Of a DNA stretch of 59,676 nucleotides, positions 57,421-59,676 are shown in pieces. The stretch's first letter is position 1. Each line of letters begins with the position of its first letter. This stretch comes from an uncultured Candidatus Saccharibacteria bacterium (GTDB taxonomy: Bacteria; Patescibacteriota; WWE3; UBA101185; UBA10185), in the NCBI GenBank assembly GCA_964510435.1, contig CAZEBU010000004.1, forward strand, positions 1 through 59,676, given 5' to 3'. Both the position numbers and the translations under genes were made by a program. Below the pieces are notes generated by a model that ran no database searches, was not told the origin of the DNA, and saw nothing but the letters and a program-made list of their open reading frames with translations.

Positions 57421-57924
57421 ATGCCCGTAAGCAAAAACACCCAAAAAGGTTTTACACTTATTGAACTCCTCATCGTCATCGTCATTATAGGAATACTGGC
57501 AGGTATTTTGGTGGCGGTGGTGGATATCAAGGAATATCAACGGCAGGCGAGAGACGTACGCAGACTAAACGACGTTTTAGCGGTACAGACCGCTCTTGTC
57601 AATAGCATTGCCACCAGCAATATTTCCTTGACCGATACAACCGGGTGCGGTGACTGTGATTCGGTAAATGGTTCAACTGAAATATACGGTAACGGTTGGG
57701 TAAAATTTAATGATCTCAAGGGTAGGGGACTGGTAGACATTATTTCCGTCTTACCCAAAGATCCTGTTAACGATGCGACTTACCATTTCGAATACTATTC
57801 GGATGGTCTTGATTTTGAACTAAATGCAGTTTTTGAATCAACTAGATATCAGACCAACGCACAGGATGATGGAGGTAATGATCCGGACGTTTACGAAAAA
57901 GGTTTTAACTTAAATCTAAATTAA
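57421..57924 (+). CDS. Type IV pilin paralog located between gyrB and gyrA
   Basis: KG|FTLIELL; shares DTTGC..C, NGWVKF and DGGND with 49977-50477. Confidence 0.88.
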   Translation: MPVSKNTQKGFTLIELLIVIVIIGILAGILVAVVDIKEYQRQARDVRRLNDVLAVQTALVNSIATSNISLTDTTGCGDCDSVNGSTEIYGNGWVKFNDLKGRGLVDIISVLPKDPVNDATYHFEYYSDGLDFELNAVFESTRYQTNAQDDGGNDPDVYEKGFNLNLN

Positions 57925-58071
57925 ATACCGCAAATAATTACTCCTTTAACAACAATGTACATTGTTATATGGGTTTGCTTGTTTTTCCTTGTTAAATAAG
58001 GATAATAACCATGTATTTGTAGCTAAAAAAGCATTTAAAAGAGACGTAAATAATGTTACTATTATTAGGTC

Positions 58072-59676
58072 ATGTCTAAGGATGAAAAAGATAATAAGAC
58101 TTCCATTGTAGAAGCTGATATAACCGAGCAGATGCAAAAAGCGTACTTGGACTACGCTATGAGCGTTATTGTTTCTCGCGCCTTGCCGGACGTAAGAGAC
58201 GGCCTCAAACCTGTGCATAGACGGATCATCTATGCCATGCAGGATCAAAGCATGACTTACGCCAATAAATTCCATAAGTGTGCGGCAGTTGTGGGTGAGG
58301 TGTTAAAAAAATACCATCCCCACGGTGACGTAGCTGTCTATGATTCCTTGGTTAGAATGGGGCAGGACTTTTCACTAAGATATCCTTTGATCATACCGCA
58401 GGGTAACTTTGGAAGCATTGATGGCGACCCTCCGGCGGCAATGCGTTATACCGAATGCAAGATGAACAAAATTACCGAGGAACTTTATCTAGACATTGGC
58501 AGAGAAACTGTCGATTTTGAACTAAACGATCTGCAAAACTTAGAACCGGAATATTTACCCGCAGCACTCCCTAATCTTCTACTTAATGGGTCGTCGGGAA
58601 TTGCCGTAGGTATGGCTACAAACATACCTCCTCATAATCTAAACGAGATCATTGATGGCATTGACTATTTAATCGAACAAACTGAGAAAAAGGGTGGGAA
58701 AGTACAGGAAATAGAGATCGAGGTGGCAAACCAAACACAAAAACTCAAAGTTGTGGAAACTGATTTTTCCTCTAAAGCTACCGCTAACGAACTAATTAAA
58801 TTTATCACGGGTCCCGATTTCCCCACGGGAGGAATTATCTTTGACCAAAAGGAAATAATTCACATGTACGCTACCGGGAAGGGAAGGGTAGTCACTAGAG
58901 CTAAAATGGAAATAGAAGAAATGAAAGGTGGAAAAACGCGTATTTTAGTTTCGGAAATACCTTATCAAGTGCAAAAATCTACTCTCCTAACCAAAATTGC
59001 CAGCTTAGTTAAAAATAAAAAGATCGAAGAAATCACTGACTTAAGAGATGAATCAAGCAGAAATGAGATAAGGATCGTTATCGAACTGAAAAAGGGCGCC
59101 ATACCCAAAAAGGTGCAAAACAGATTATATAAATATACGCCTCTGCAAAACACCTTTAATACCAACATGGTGGCTTTGATCAACAATGAACCTAAACTGA
59201 TGACTCTAAAAATGGTGCTGGAGGAATTTGTTAAACACAGACAGCAGGTGGTTGTACGCAGAACCATTTATCTCTTAAAAAAAGTCAAATCCAGAGAGCA
59301 CATCTTGCAGGGTTTAAAAATAGCCTTAGATAATTTGGATGCGGTCATTAAGCTTATTCGAGGTTCTAGAGATGTTGACGTAGCTAAAGAGGGACTAATA
59401 GAAAAATTCAAACTTACTGAAATTCAGGCACAGGCCATTTTGGATATGCAACTGCGCCGATTGGCAGCCCTAGAACGACAAAAGATCGAAGACGAACTTA
59501 AAGATATCATCAAAACGATCAAGAAGTACGAGGGTATCCTTATTTCCCCCGGTAAGATCATGAAAATTGTTAGAGACGAGTTAGCTGAAATAAAAGAAAA
59601 ATACGGTGACAAGAGAAGAACCAAAGTAGTCAAGGGCAGGGCAGGTGAGATCAGCGAAGAAGACTTAGTGGTTGAA
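58072..59676 (+). CDS. gyrA: DNA gyrase subunit A (partial, runs off the window)
   Basis: Manual translation: YLDYAMSVIVSRALPDVRDGLKPV, KYHPHGD, AAMRYTE, GPDFPTGG. Confidence 0.97.
   Translation, partial: MSKDEKDNKTSIVEADITEQMQKAYLDYAMSVIVSRALPDVRDGLKPVHRRIIYAMQDQSMTYANKFHKCAAVVGEVLKKYHPHGDVAVYDSLVRMGQDFSLRYPLIIPQGNFGSIDGDPPAAMRYTECKMNKITEELYLDIGRETVDFELNDLQNLEPEYLPAALPNLLLNGSSGIAVGMATNIPPHNLNEIIDGIDYLIEQTEKKGGKVQEIEIEVANQTQKLKVVETDFSSKATANELIKFITGPDFPTGGIIFDQKEIIHMYATGKGRVVTRAKMEIEEMKGGKTRILVSEIPYQVQKSTLLTKIASLVKNKKIEEITDLRDESSRNEIRIVIELKKGAIPKKVQNRLYKYTPLQNTFNTNMVALINNEPKLMTLKMVLEEFVKHRQQVVVRRTIYLLKKVKSREHILQGLKIALDNLDAVIKLIRGSRDVDVAKEGLIEKFKLTEIQAQAILDMQLRRLAALERQKIEDELKDIIKTIKKYEGILISPGKIMKIVRDELAEIKEKYGDKRRTKVVKGRAGEISEEDLVVE

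Noticed and set aside
57946-59633. Minus-strand ORFs 57946-58275, 58965-59267 and 59424-59633
   Set aside because: Antisense shadows of gyrA, which the ORF track missed because it has no stop codon in the window.

Overview
This is a chromosomal segment of an AT-rich, reduced-genome bacterium. It is most likely Patescibacteria/CPR (Microgenomates/WWE3-like), inferred from its truncated tig, thrS, pheT and holB genes, an rpsP-khpA-trmD run without rimM, and a type IV pilus locus without a secretin. It carries housekeeping genes (pyrD, pgk, tig, clpP, truB, thrS-infC-rpmI-rplT, pheST, a class A PBP, tyrS, recG, rsmD, rpmF-nusB-acp-rnc, rpsP-khpA-trmD, holB, gyrB, partial gyrA) and five canonical tRNAs. 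A ~20 kb type IV pilus locus holds 10 prepilin-like genes and a giant Cys-rich adhesin, and an 11th pilin sits between gyrB and gyrA. No integrase, transposase or CRISPR array was seen. The most unusual signals are: (1) a ~370-nt structured non-coding locus between recG and rsmD made of two aberrant tRNA-like units, each followed by CTGGGGA and a long hairpin; (2) an acyl-carrier-protein homologue whose phosphopantetheine Ser is replaced by Glu; (3) a PheS with a remodelled amino-acid pocket; (4) pervasive leaderless promoters, contrasting with SD-led orphan ORFs whose 5' and 3' UTRs can base-pair; (5) a disulfide-ladder/CBM adhesin. All family assignments come from motif recognition by eye, not database searches.
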